Positions 9,785 to 18,096 of a stretch of DNA of 64,000 nt are shown in pieces. The position numbers and the translations under genes are program-made. Under the pieces are notes generated by a model. That model was not told where the DNA came from. It saw only the letters and a list, made by a program, of their open reading frames with translations, and did no database searches. Within the stretch, counting starts at the first letter, position 1. The number at the start of each line of letters is the position of its first letter. Location: IMG/VR virus record IMGVR_UViG_3300025129_000005, one strand, 5' to 3'. The stretch comes from a virus. Lineage: Duplodnaviria > Caudoviricetes.

Positions 9785-11089
9785 ATGAGTGCATATGTAG
9801 AAAATCTTGTTAAAAATTGGGGAGAAATCCTCGATGAAGGACAAAAAATTAATAATCGTAAGGTAAGACGTGCTACCGCTGTTATGCTTGAAAACCAAGC
9901 AAAATACCTTACAGGTCGTTCAGGAATGAACGAGTCCAGCGCCACTGCGTCTACAGTTGGACCAGAAGGTGGTGGTACTTTTTATAATGGTGGTAATGCT
10001 GATTATCAAACGAGTGGTGAGTTTCACAAAATTGCGATTCCTATGGTTCGTCGTACCTTCCCCGAACTGATCGCTCATGATATCGTTGGTGTTCAGCCCA
10101 TGACTGGACCTGTTGGTCTTGCGTTTGCTCTTCGTTTCCGCGCAGATCAAGAATATGCCGGAACTGCTACCGGTCAGGAAATAGGATACAACACTGTTGA
10201 TCCTTATTACACCGGTGATAATCAAAATCAAGAACGTATGACCACAGTTAACGCCGAGGGTCTTGGTTCTCGTGCTGCAGATGCTGCTAATACATCTGTT
10301 GACGGACATTTGTCTCAAGATACAGGTGCTGCTGGCACTGGTGATCGCGGTCTTGGTATTGGTTCAGGAAAGCAAATCAAAGAACTTAGCATGACAGTTG
10401 AAAAGGCTCAAGTTGAAGCGGGTACCCGTAAGTTGCGTTCTCGTTGGAGTCTTGAAGTCGCTCAAGATCTAAAGGCGATGCATGGTCTTGATCTCGAAGA
10501 AGAAATGATGGACGTTCTTGCTTACGAAATCACCGCTGAAATTGACCGTGAACTTATCAACACAATTCGTTCGGTTTCCGCTAATAACGCATCATCAACC
10601 GCTTGGAATTATGCTACTGCTGATGGTCGTTGGGAAGCAGAAAAATATCGCAATTTCTACAACCTGATTATTCGTAAAGCAAACCGCATTGCTGTTGATA
10701 CTCGTCGTGGTGCTGGTAACTTTACTGTAGCGGCTCCTTCGTTGTGTGCTGCCCTTGAAACTACATCGTCTTTTACAATTCAACCTGTAAATGCCGCTGT
10801 AAATACCGCAGTAACAGGTGTAGCAAAGATTGGGTCTCTCGATGGTCGTATGACTGTATATCGTGATACTTTTGCTACAATTGATGATATCATCATTGGC
10901 TACAAAGGACCTAGTGAGTATGACACCGGTATTATATATCTTCCTTATATTCAGCTTCTTGTTTCTAAGGCTGTTTTTGAGGATAGCTTTAATCCTACCG
11001 TTGGTCTGATGAGTCGTTATGCTATTCATCAACACATTTTTGGTGCTGAAAACTACTACATTCAGGTTGCTGTTCAAAATCTGCCTTAA
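9785..11089 (+). CDS. gp23: Major capsid protein (T4 gp23 family)
   Basis: IPMVRRTFPELIAHDIVGVQPMTGPVGLAFALR, RKLRSRWSLEVAQDLKAMHGLD, EITAEIDRE and GYKG.SEYD.GIIY.PY motifs. Confidence 0.98.
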   Translation: MSAYVENLVKNWGEILDEGQKINNRKVRRATAVMLENQAKYLTGRSGMNESSATASTVGPEGGGTFYNGGNADYQTSGEFHKIAIPMVRRTFPELIAHDIVGVQPMTGPVGLAFALRFRADQEYAGTATGQEIGYNTVDPYYTGDNQNQERMTTVNAEGLGSRAADAANTSVDGHLSQDTGAAGTGDRGLGIGSGKQIKELSMTVEKAQVEAGTRKLRSRWSLEVAQDLKAMHGLDLEEEMMDVLAYEITAEIDRELINTIRSVSANNASSTAWNYATADGRWEAEKYRNFYNLIIRKANRIAVDTRRGAGNFTVAAPSLCAALETTSSFTIQPVNAAVNTAVTGVAKIGSLDGRMTVYRDTFATIDDIIIGYKGPSEYDTGIIYLPYIQLLVSKAVFEDSFNPTVGLMSRYAIHQHIFGAENYYIQVAVQNLP

Positions 11090-11111
11090 AATGTATAGTT
11101 ATCTATAATTC

Positions 11112-11145
11112 AAGGGTGATACCCAGAAGGGTATCACCCTTTTTT
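11112..11145 (+). terminator. Rho-independent terminator after gp23
   Basis: aagggtgataccc-agaa-gggtatcaccctt perfect 13-bp stem followed by a T run. Confidence 0.92.
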
Positions 11146-11152
11146 ATTAACA

Positions 11153-11186
11153 TTCGGTTGGTTCAACGATATTCATAAACTCATAT
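11153..11186 (+). repeat. Direct repeat copy 1 (34 bp, 1 mismatch to 11703-11736)
   Basis: ttcggttggttcaacgatattcataaactcatat; weaker similarity continues about 12 nt (..tcacctt). Confidence 0.92.
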
Positions 11187-11207
11187 AACTCTCACCTTAC
11201 GTCTTTT

Positions 11208-11215
11208 TATAAATA
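11208..11215 (+). promoter_or_regulatory. Late promoter TATAAATA, 5 nt before ATG (probably leaderless mRNA)
   Basis: tataaata-catat-ATG; no SD present. Confidence 0.7.
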
Positions 11216-11220
11216 CATAT

Positions 11221-11700
11221 ATGAAATTACTGAAATATATCAATGAATCCTTTGATAAACCATACCCTTTCGATTGGAGAAGAATTCCCCATGACAACAA
11301 AGGTATCGGTTTCAGAGGTTCATTTAAGTCATCTAAGCATACTATTGAAGTCGCTCTTACCCCTGATCTTGATAAAGAAAATGAGTGGGAACTTTTCTTC
11401 TTTATCAAAAATAAAGATATATCTGGTAACTTCGATCTTACTAATGATGGCGATGCATTCAGAATCTTTGCCACAGTTATCGCTATGACCAATGATGCAC
11501 TTGATATTATACAGAAATCTAAAAAACTCTCCATTGATACCCTCTTCTTTACTGCAAGTAAAGAAAAAAGTGATAATGAAAAAATTACCTCCGATGCACG
11601 TTCCAAACTCTATGTCAGAATCGTTAAAAAACTTATTAAACCCAAAAATATCAGAATCGTTGACTTATATGATAAAACTAAATTCTATATCATAATTTAA
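11221..11700 (+). CDS. Hypothetical 159-aa protein, candidate internal head protein
   Basis: N-terminus MKLLKYINE resembles a T4 capsid-targeting sequence ending in an I-x-E protease site. Flanked by the 34-bp direct repeat. Confidence 0.6.
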   Translation: MKLLKYINESFDKPYPFDWRRIPHDNKGIGFRGSFKSSKHTIEVALTPDLDKENEWELFFFIKNKDISGNFDLTNDGDAFRIFATVIAMTNDALDIIQKSKKLSIDTLFFTASKEKSDNEKITSDARSKLYVRIVKKLIKPKNIRIVDLYDKTKFYIII

Positions 11701-11702
11701 CC

Positions 11703-11736
11703 TTCGGTTGGTTCAACGATATTCGTAAACTCATAT
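11703..11736 (+). repeat. Direct repeat copy 2
   Basis: ttcggttggttcaacgatattcgtaaactcatat, starting 2 nt after the stop of 11221..11700. Confidence 0.92.
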
Positions 11737-11908
11737 CCTTTTCACCTTCATTTAGATTTACATCTCTTTTGATAAATAGAAGTATAAACTGTGATTTATT
11801 GATTTATTAATAAAAACTATATACCCTTTATATAATATATATTATCCGTGGTTAGATAACCTTATTCTACACCATAAATCAAAATTTGTAAATATGGAGA
11901 AAAAATAA

Positions 11909-12463
11909 ATGAGTTATGATGAAGACCCCGCTAACAGTCAAGTCAACCAAAACACTCTCGAACAAGAATTCAACATAAATACCAGTGAAGATAGGCGATT
12001 GGAAATAGAATCAATTAGGGATATGAGAAAACAGTTAATGACTGTCAGTAACGAACCCGATGCGGATAGTATATTGATATCTAACATTGAAAGAGCTAAT
12101 TCTTTATTGGATGTAGCACAAAACTCAATAATAAATGGCGGAGAAACAAATGCAAGATTATTTGAGGTGTGTTCTCAGCTTATAAATGCAATCACATCAG
12201 CATCAACCTCTTTACAAAATAGTACTTTTGGCACACAAAAACACCAATATAATATGAAAATGGTGGAGGTTAAAGAGCAAGAACTCCTTGTAAAACAAGC
12301 TATAGCTCAAGGTAAGCTTGATAGCTATAATAAAGAAAAAAATAAAAAAAGTAATGGTACATTGGTTGTTATGAATAGAGAAGAATTATTAAGAATGATC
12401 GAAAAGGAGGATACTGAGGTAGAAATAACTTCAACAGATAAATCAAATTCAGATCAAGAGTGA
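11909..12463 (+). CDS. gp16: Terminase small subunit (T4 gp16 family)
   Basis: ARLFEVCSQLI (compare the PRAYEV..QLI consensus) and C-terminal LVVMNREELLRMI; upstream of the large terminase. Confidence 0.75.
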   Translation: MSYDEDPANSQVNQNTLEQEFNINTSEDRRLEIESIRDMRKQLMTVSNEPDADSILISNIERANSLLDVAQNSIINGGETNARLFEVCSQLINAITSASTSLQNSTFGTQKHQYNMKMVEVKEQELLVKQAIAQGKLDSYNKEKNKKSNGTLVVMNREELLRMIEKEDTEVEITSTDKSNSDQE

Positions 12464-12609
12464 TAGGAGAATTTCTTTATGTATAAACTATTAACCGAAA
12501 AATATGTATATACAATGGTATCAAAATAATAAAATCATGGGATTTATATTAAAAGCCTGATTAACCGAGTAAAGACCATTTTTAAATAATATTTGATAAA
12601 GGAGATACC

Positions 12610-13797
12610 GTGATCAAAAAAAATTATGTTATAGATACAAATGTTTTGCTGGAGAATGAGAAGTGCATTGAAATTTTAAGGAACGGTGAAGATAATAACA
12701 TATTTATTCCTTATACTGTAATAGAAGAGTTAGATAAATTAAAAGGAAATAAAAGAAAGAGACACCAAGTTACAAGAGCAGTAAATGTCCTCAGAGATAA
12801 TGCTGATTATATAACAGTTATATCAAATGGGATTAAACATGAATCCCCTGATAACTTTATTATAAAAGAAATACTATCAAATTTAGACAAAATTCCTGAT
12901 GCGATATTTGTTACAAACGATAACCTGTTAAGGTTTAAGGCTCAAAAACAAGGAATAATGTCAGAGGAATTTAGAGATAGCAATCCATTTCAATCTGAGT
13001 CCCAAAGATATACAGGATTTGTTAATGTTGAAAATGGTGAAATGATAGAAAAAAATTGTTTTTATTGGAAGGATGGTAAATTATTCTTCAATAATAGATA
13101 TGGAGAGGAAAGGTTAGTCGAGGATCGTGAGGTTTGGAAAGTTTCCCCGAGAAATCAATACCAGAAAGCGGCTATGGATTTAATATTGAATGACGATATT
13201 GATTTGGTCACCATTCAGTCAGATGCTGGATTTGGAAAAACCTTTTTGGCATTAACTGCTATGTTTGACCAAGTGTTCGAAAAAAAGAAATTCAAAAAGA
13301 TTTTCGTTTTTAAGGCTAATATAGAAATTGGCAATGAATTAGGATTTTTGCCCGGTGATATGAATGACAAAATGTATCCGTATTTTAGACCAATTCAGGA
13401 TCTTATGGAAAAGCTTCATGACCTGAGAATTTGTAATTCTGCATGGGAAGATCCTCAATCAATGAAGCTGGAATTGAACAGACGTAAGATCGAAATGTTG
13501 CCAATAAACTTCTTGAGAGGGATGAATATAGATGATGCTATTGTATTGATAGATGAGGTTCAAAATTTATCTAGAGATGAATTAAGGACTGTTTTGAGCC
13601 GTATGGGGGAAAAAGTAAAGGTTATATGCACAGGCGATGTTAGGCAGATAGATAATATTCATTTGAACCAAGATAATAATGGATTAAATTGGATGGTTAG
13701 ATTATTTAAAGGTCAAGATAACTATGGTCATGTTGTTTTGGCTGGAAATAAATCAAGAGGACCAATTGCTGACCTAGTGAGAGAGAGTGGAATGTAG
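12610..13797 (+). CDS. phoH: PIN-domain plus PhoH-family ATPase (PhoH2/YlaK-like)
   Basis: PIN motifs DTNVLL, EELD, PDNFI and VTND; Walker A GFGKT; FLRG..I.DAIVLIDEVQN PhoH signature. GTG start with SD aaggag. Confidence 0.92.
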   Translation: MIKKNYVIDTNVLLENEKCIEILRNGEDNNIFIPYTVIEELDKLKGNKRKRHQVTRAVNVLRDNADYITVISNGIKHESPDNFIIKEILSNLDKIPDAIFVTNDNLLRFKAQKQGIMSEEFRDSNPFQSESQRYTGFVNVENGEMIEKNCFYWKDGKLFFNNRYGEERLVEDREVWKVSPRNQYQKAAMDLILNDDIDLVTIQSDAGFGKTFLALTAMFDQVFEKKKFKKIFVFKANIEIGNELGFLPGDMNDKMYPYFRPIQDLMEKLHDLRICNSAWEDPQSMKLELNRRKIEMLPINFLRGMNIDDAIVLIDEVQNLSRDELRTVLSRMGEKVKVICTGDVRQIDNIHLNQDNNGLNWMVRLFKGQDNYGHVVLAGNKSRGPIADLVRESGM

Positions 13798-13835
13798 ATT
13801 CTGTAATAACAAGCTGTTTGGTATACCGTACAGTA

Positions 13836-13870
13836 CAGTCAGTTTTTCTGAATCACAGAAAAACTGACTG
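13836..13870. promoter_or_regulatory. Perfect 15-bp inverted repeat between phoH and terminase
   Basis: cagtcagtttttctg-aatca-cagaaaaactgactg; no classical U tail on the + strand. Confidence 0.75.
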
Positions 13871-13904
13871 ATGAATTATAACACCAATCAGTGGGAGGTG
13901 TATT

Positions 13905-15455
13905 ATCGGTGGTAATGTAAAGTACGATTCATATGTAAAAGCCCCCAATCTTGAATGGGAATATACACATGATCAGATAAGAGAGTTGAATAAATGTAAA
14001 AATGACCCTCTATATTTTATCAGCAATTATATTAAAATTGTTTCGCAAGACAGTGGGGTTATAATTTTCAATCCATATCCCTATCAAATAGATTTAATTA
14101 ATCAATTTGTAGAGAATAGATTCAACATATGTCTCCTTTCACGACAGTCTGGTAAATCAACCATTGTTGCAGCATATGCATTATGGTTTGCTTGTTTTAA
14201 CAGTCACAAGAATATTGGTGTTGTTTCTAACAAAGCAGAGGCAGCTAAGAATTTCTTATCTCGCCTGAAATATATGTATGAACTTTTACCTTCTTGGTTA
14301 AAACCGGGGGTACCGGGATGGGCGCAAACTACCGTTGAATTTGACAACCATACGAAATTATATACAGCCGCTACATCAAAAGATTCGTTTCGTGGTGAGC
14401 CTATGGGTATGTTGATATGTGACGAGTTTGCATTCGTTGAGCCATCATGGAAAGCAGATGAGTTCTGGGCATCAAACTATCCAACAGTTTCAGCGTCACA
14501 GAACTCCAAGATTATCATTATATCAACCCCTAATGGTATGTACAATAAGTTTCATGAGATTTATACCAATGCAGAAGAAGGTAGAAACACATTTAAACAT
14601 GCTCGTTATAATTATAGAGTTGTTCCGGGTCGTGACGAAGAGTGGGCTAAGGCTCAAATACAGAACCTTGGTAAAATCAAATTTAATCAAGAATTTGGTT
14701 GTGAATTCATTGGTTCTAGTGCAACGGTTATTGATTCTGAGACTCTCGAATATTTATTTAAACGAAGAGTTGACCCTGAGTGGTTAGATCAAAAAGGAAA
14801 GATGAGAATATGGGAAAAACCTGTTGATGGTGCGACTTATGTTTTGGGTGTTGATACCGCTAAAGGTACCGGTGAAAACTTTTCCGTTATACAAGTAATG
14901 AGGGTTCATGGTATTTCACCCGTTCGAATGCAACAGGTCGCTGTATGGGAAGATAATTATACAGATGTATATACTTTTTCGTCAGTTGTTAACAAGATGT
15001 CATATTATTATAACAATGCATATATGATGGTTGAAAATAATGGTGAGGGTTCGCCGGTCGTTAATAGATTGTGGTGGGAATATGAGAATAGCAATTTGAT
15101 AAATACTGGTAGTAAAGAGCGGGATTTGGGTATAAGAGCAACAAATAAAACCAAAAATCTTGCTGTTCTCTTAATGAAGAAGTTGATTGAAGATAAAAAT
15201 GTGGAGTTATATGATCCTAGAACTATCGAACAATTGGCTGATTTTCAGGATTTGGGTCACGATAAATACGGTGGCGTGAACATTGCCGATGACTGTGTAT
15301 CCGCGCTGTATTGGAGTATATTTGTTTTGGAACAAGAGGTTTTTGATGAGTCTTATTCTTTCACTCCCGAAGAAAATACTGACGAAGAAGCATGGGGGAT
15401 ATTATCGGATATTAACGAATATCAGGAGGATTGGAGTTGGTTAACTGAAAAGTAA
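13905..15455 (+). CDS. gp17: Terminase large subunit (T4 gp17 family); start uncertain (ATC 13905 proposed, tracked TTG 13986)
   Basis: KC..DPLYF, SRQSGKST Walker A, LICDEF Walker B, QEF.CEF.GS, LGVDTAKG and DDCVSAL nuclease motifs. Frame is open from 13875. Strong SD ggaggtg at 13894. Confidence 0.95.
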   Translation: MGGNVKYDSYVKAPNLEWEYTHDQIRELNKCKNDPLYFISNYIKIVSQDSGVIIFNPYPYQIDLINQFVENRFNICLLSRQSGKSTIVAAYALWFACFNSHKNIGVVSNKAEAAKNFLSRLKYMYELLPSWLKPGVPGWAQTTVEFDNHTKLYTAATSKDSFRGEPMGMLICDEFAFVEPSWKADEFWASNYPTVSASQNSKIIIISTPNGMYNKFHEIYTNAEEGRNTFKHARYNYRVVPGRDEEWAKAQIQNLGKIKFNQEFGCEFIGSSATVIDSETLEYLFKRRVDPEWLDQKGKMRIWEKPVDGATYVLGVDTAKGTGENFSVIQVMRVHGISPVRMQQVAVWEDNYTDVYTFSSVVNKMSYYYNNAYMMVENNGEGSPVVNRLWWEYENSNLINTGSKERDLGIRATNKTKNLAVLLMKKLIEDKNVELYDPRTIEQLADFQDLGHDKYGGVNIADDCVSALYWSIFVLEQEVFDESYSFTPEENTDEEAWGILSDINEYQEDWSWLTEK

Positions 15456-15458
15456 ACC

Positions 15459-15465
15459 ATAAATA
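15459..15465 (+). promoter_or_regulatory. Late promoter ATAAATA, 5 nt before ATG (probably leaderless)
   Basis: cataaata-cttat-ATG, same spacing as 11208; no SD. Confidence 0.6.
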
Positions 15466-15470
15466 CTTAT

Positions 15471-15815
15471 ATGAGATTTGTCAATTACATAACAGAAGAC
15501 TATGAGACGGTTCGGGATTATAAAAAAGCAATCTTTGACTTGAAGGTTGCTTTGGGTGAAATAGATTTTCATGAAGATGAAAAGGTGCCTAGTGATCCTG
15601 AGAAGCATAAGTTATTTAAACAGAAAAAGTTAGGTCTTAAACTTAAAGTTATAGCGTTAAAAGAAAAAATTCAGAAATTAGCTAAGGTTTTGGGTGAGTC
15701 AGGGGAAGAGGTTCCTCAAGTAGAAGGTCTTAAAGATTTTCTTGATAGAGTTCCTGATAAAGATAGTGAAGAATCACAAACTCTACTAAAAAAGAGAGAG
15801 AGGTTTAGTAAATAA
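15471..15815 (+). CDS. Hypothetical 114-aa protein, candidate internal head protein
   Basis: N-terminus MRFVNYITE (capsid-targeting-like); coupled to gp13 by a TAATG overlap. Confidence 0.55.
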   Translation: MRFVNYITEDYETVRDYKKAIFDLKVALGEIDFHEDEKVPSDPEKHKLFKQKKLGLKLKVIALKEKIQKLAKVLGESGEEVPQVEGLKDFLDRVPDKDSEESQTLLKKRERFSK

Positions 15816-17563
15816 TGGCTATTTCACGTACACAATTAATGGATAAAGTTAAGAGACGATTGGGTGCCCCGATGGTTAAAGTGGAACTTTGTGATGAGCA
15901 GATTATTGACCATATAGACTATGCTCGACAAAAATGGATTAAATGGGCTATAGGAAATGCAACTCAAGAGACGTATTTTACTGTTATGTTACAGGCCGGT
16001 AAGAGATTTTACGATCTACCTGCAGGAGTTCAAGAGGTCGTTTCGTATGATGACTCCCCTATTAAATCAGGTGGTATTAACACACTTTTTACTATTGATA
16101 ACTTTATGTTTTCTAATGGGTTTTATGGAAACGCTTTTCAAGGTGGATATGATTTAGTTTCATATCACCTCGTTTTGGATTTTATGACCACTTTATCAAA
16201 ATATAGAACAACACCTTATAATTATAAGTATCATAAATCTACTAATCAGATAGAGATTGATCCTGCGCCACCCTTTGACGGAAAACAGAAGAGTGTTAAT
16301 ATCAACCATCCAGTTACAGGTTTGCCTACAAAAATGTATGTTGATTCACCCGGATGGGTTTTATTGAGAACTTATATGATACAGGGTGCCACGCTTCCAA
16401 ATTATACCCCTGATTGGAGTATGATCCTCAAAGAACGCAAGACCATAGTTGAACAAAGGACATTAACAGAGGTGGAGGTTTTGAATAAATCAATCCTCTT
16501 GAATCATACCCCATTAGATGATGATGTTGATAGAACCGACTTTAATATTGAAGAAGATACTACTGTTACTATCGGAGGTCTTGCGTCTGTGAAGGGCGTG
16601 GATTGGGACTTTCATTTTTATAATCCAAGGGTTATAACTTGGGCCCAACCAGAAAGACAGGATCCTTATGGATTTGACGGAAATGTTAGTGTTGGTGATC
16701 AAATAACCATCACATATCCAGTCATATTTAATTCACAACACTATCCTGATGAATGGGATAATGTAACTGCCACTTCTACTGAGGTTGAACAGTATGTTTT
16801 GACACAATCAGACATAGATAGAGGGTTTGTGAAGCTACAGAAGAAGGTGTTTAATAATAACATTAAAATGTCTATCGGCGGTATAGATCATTTATATGGT
16901 GAAGATTTTATTGTTATTAATAATAAAATTCTTGATTGGAATGGTTTGTCCATCCAACCGGTGTTGACTGTTGGTGATGTCATTGTTGTTACATATGTGA
17001 CGGTTACCAGTATGAAACCGTCAGGTGGATCTACAGCCAAAATGCATGGTGTTAAAAAACAGTACACAACGAGAATAGAAAATTTTAATATCACACAAGA
17101 TAATATTGATTCTAAATCAATAACATTAGAAGAACCTATTTCTATGTATGACGGAGTTAAGCTTTCAGCGGGAGGTTTCGCTAAAGTTCTTGGTATTGAT
17201 TTTAAAATTGACTCGTATGACCCAAATGTTATTACTTGGAATGGTTTACAGATGGACGGTGATATATCACTTGACGATAATATTGTTGTTACGTATACAT
17301 CAGCAAATCCTATTATAACCGAACTCGAAGAACAGTTATACGATGAGGATTGGATTCTTGATTATGTTACAGCTTTATCAAAGATATCTCTTGGTATGAT
17401 TAGACGTAAGCCGAGTACGTTTTCGGGTCTTGGTAGTTCTGGTGTAGGTCTTGATGGATCTGATCTTATATCGGAAGGTAAAGAAGAAAAAGATGATCTT
17501 GAGACTAGATTGCGTGATGAAGAAGCATATGAGGGTTACGGTATTGAAATAGGATTAATGTAA
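15815..17563 (+). CDS. gp13: Neck protein (T4 gp13 family) with a large three-domain insertion
   Basis: RRLGAPMVKVEL.DEQI N-terminus and WILDY..AL.K...G..R.K......G.G.LDG C-terminus; 582 aa. Confidence 0.88.
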   Translation: MAISRTQLMDKVKRRLGAPMVKVELCDEQIIDHIDYARQKWIKWAIGNATQETYFTVMLQAGKRFYDLPAGVQEVVSYDDSPIKSGGINTLFTIDNFMFSNGFYGNAFQGGYDLVSYHLVLDFMTTLSKYRTTPYNYKYHKSTNQIEIDPAPPFDGKQKSVNINHPVTGLPTKMYVDSPGWVLLRTYMIQGATLPNYTPDWSMILKERKTIVEQRTLTEVEVLNKSILLNHTPLDDDVDRTDFNIEEDTTVTIGGLASVKGVDWDFHFYNPRVITWAQPERQDPYGFDGNVSVGDQITITYPVIFNSQHYPDEWDNVTATSTEVEQYVLTQSDIDRGFVKLQKKVFNNNIKMSIGGIDHLYGEDFIVINNKILDWNGLSIQPVLTVGDVIVVTYVTVTSMKPSGGSTAKMHGVKKQYTTRIENFNITQDNIDSKSITLEEPISMYDGVKLSAGGFAKVLGIDFKIDSYDPNVITWNGLQMDGDISLDDNIVVTYTSANPIITELEEQLYDEDWILDYVTALSKISLGMIRRKPSTFSGLGSSGVGLDGSDLISEGKEEKDDLETRLRDEEAYEGYGIEIGLM

Positions 17564-17574
17564 AGGAGAATATT

Positions 17575-17862
17575 ATGATTGATGAACTGGTAGAAAAATA
17601 TATTAACGAGTCAACAGAATGGTTTTATGTTGTTGATGATAAGACCAAAGAGGTTATGCATGACCTAAAAACAGGTGGAGTTGCAACTTTTGATACTCTG
17701 TTTAATACGAACCATAGTAAGGTTATCGCCTACAAGACACGGAAGGGTGCGGATAATAAGATAAAAAATATATCAACAAAGTCTAAATTGACCGTGATGA
17801 GTAGAAGTGAACTAAAAGATTATTATGATAAAATGGGTGTGTTAAGTAAGGGAGGTTCATAA
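17575..17862 (+). CDS. Hypothetical 95-aa protein, candidate internal head protein
   Basis: SD aaggag; N-terminus MIDELVEKYINE ends in an I-x-E site. Confidence 0.5.
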   Translation: MIDELVEKYINESTEWFYVVDDKTKEVMHDLKTGGVATFDTLFNTNHSKVIAYKTRKGADNKIKNISTKSKLTVMSRSELKDYYDKMGVLSKGGS

Positions 17863-18086
17863 TGAGTACAATTGACCCTAAATGGCTACAGTATGATGAG
17901 AATAAGCTATCAATTATTGATGATGGTGGTATTAATAAATTGAGCATTAAATCTGGTATCATACTTGATAGTGTATCTGTAGAGAAGGTTAACGATTCTA
18001 AAATTGAAATCAGAGAAACAAGACAGGGTGCCCCACTTAACCCTGGTCCGTTGGATTTTTATATCGAAGTACCAGATAAGGTTTAA
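17862..18086 (+). CDS. Hypothetical 74-aa protein
   Basis: TAATG coupling and SD ggagg; no recognisable family. Confidence 0.5.
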   Translation: MSTIDPKWLQYDENKLSIIDDGGINKLSIKSGIILDSVSVEKVNDSKIEIRETRQGAPLNPGPLDFYIEVPDKV

Positions 18087-18096
18087 GGAGTTTTAA

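Noticed and set aside
11750-11900. Replication origin or pac site in the AT-rich gap before gp16
   Set aside because: AT-rich with promoter-like words, but no iterons or other diagnostic pattern; cannot be supported from sequence alone.
13858-13910. Hammerhead ribozyme (CTGATGA at 13868 with nearby GAAA)
   Set aside because: The GAAA is upstream and too close, no GAAA follows a stem II, and the three-stem topology cannot be built.
6400-15455. Introns, inteins or homing endonucleases in portal, capsid or terminase genes
   Set aside because: The genes are of normal length and continuous; no LAGLIDADG, HNH, GIY-YIG or intein motifs seen.
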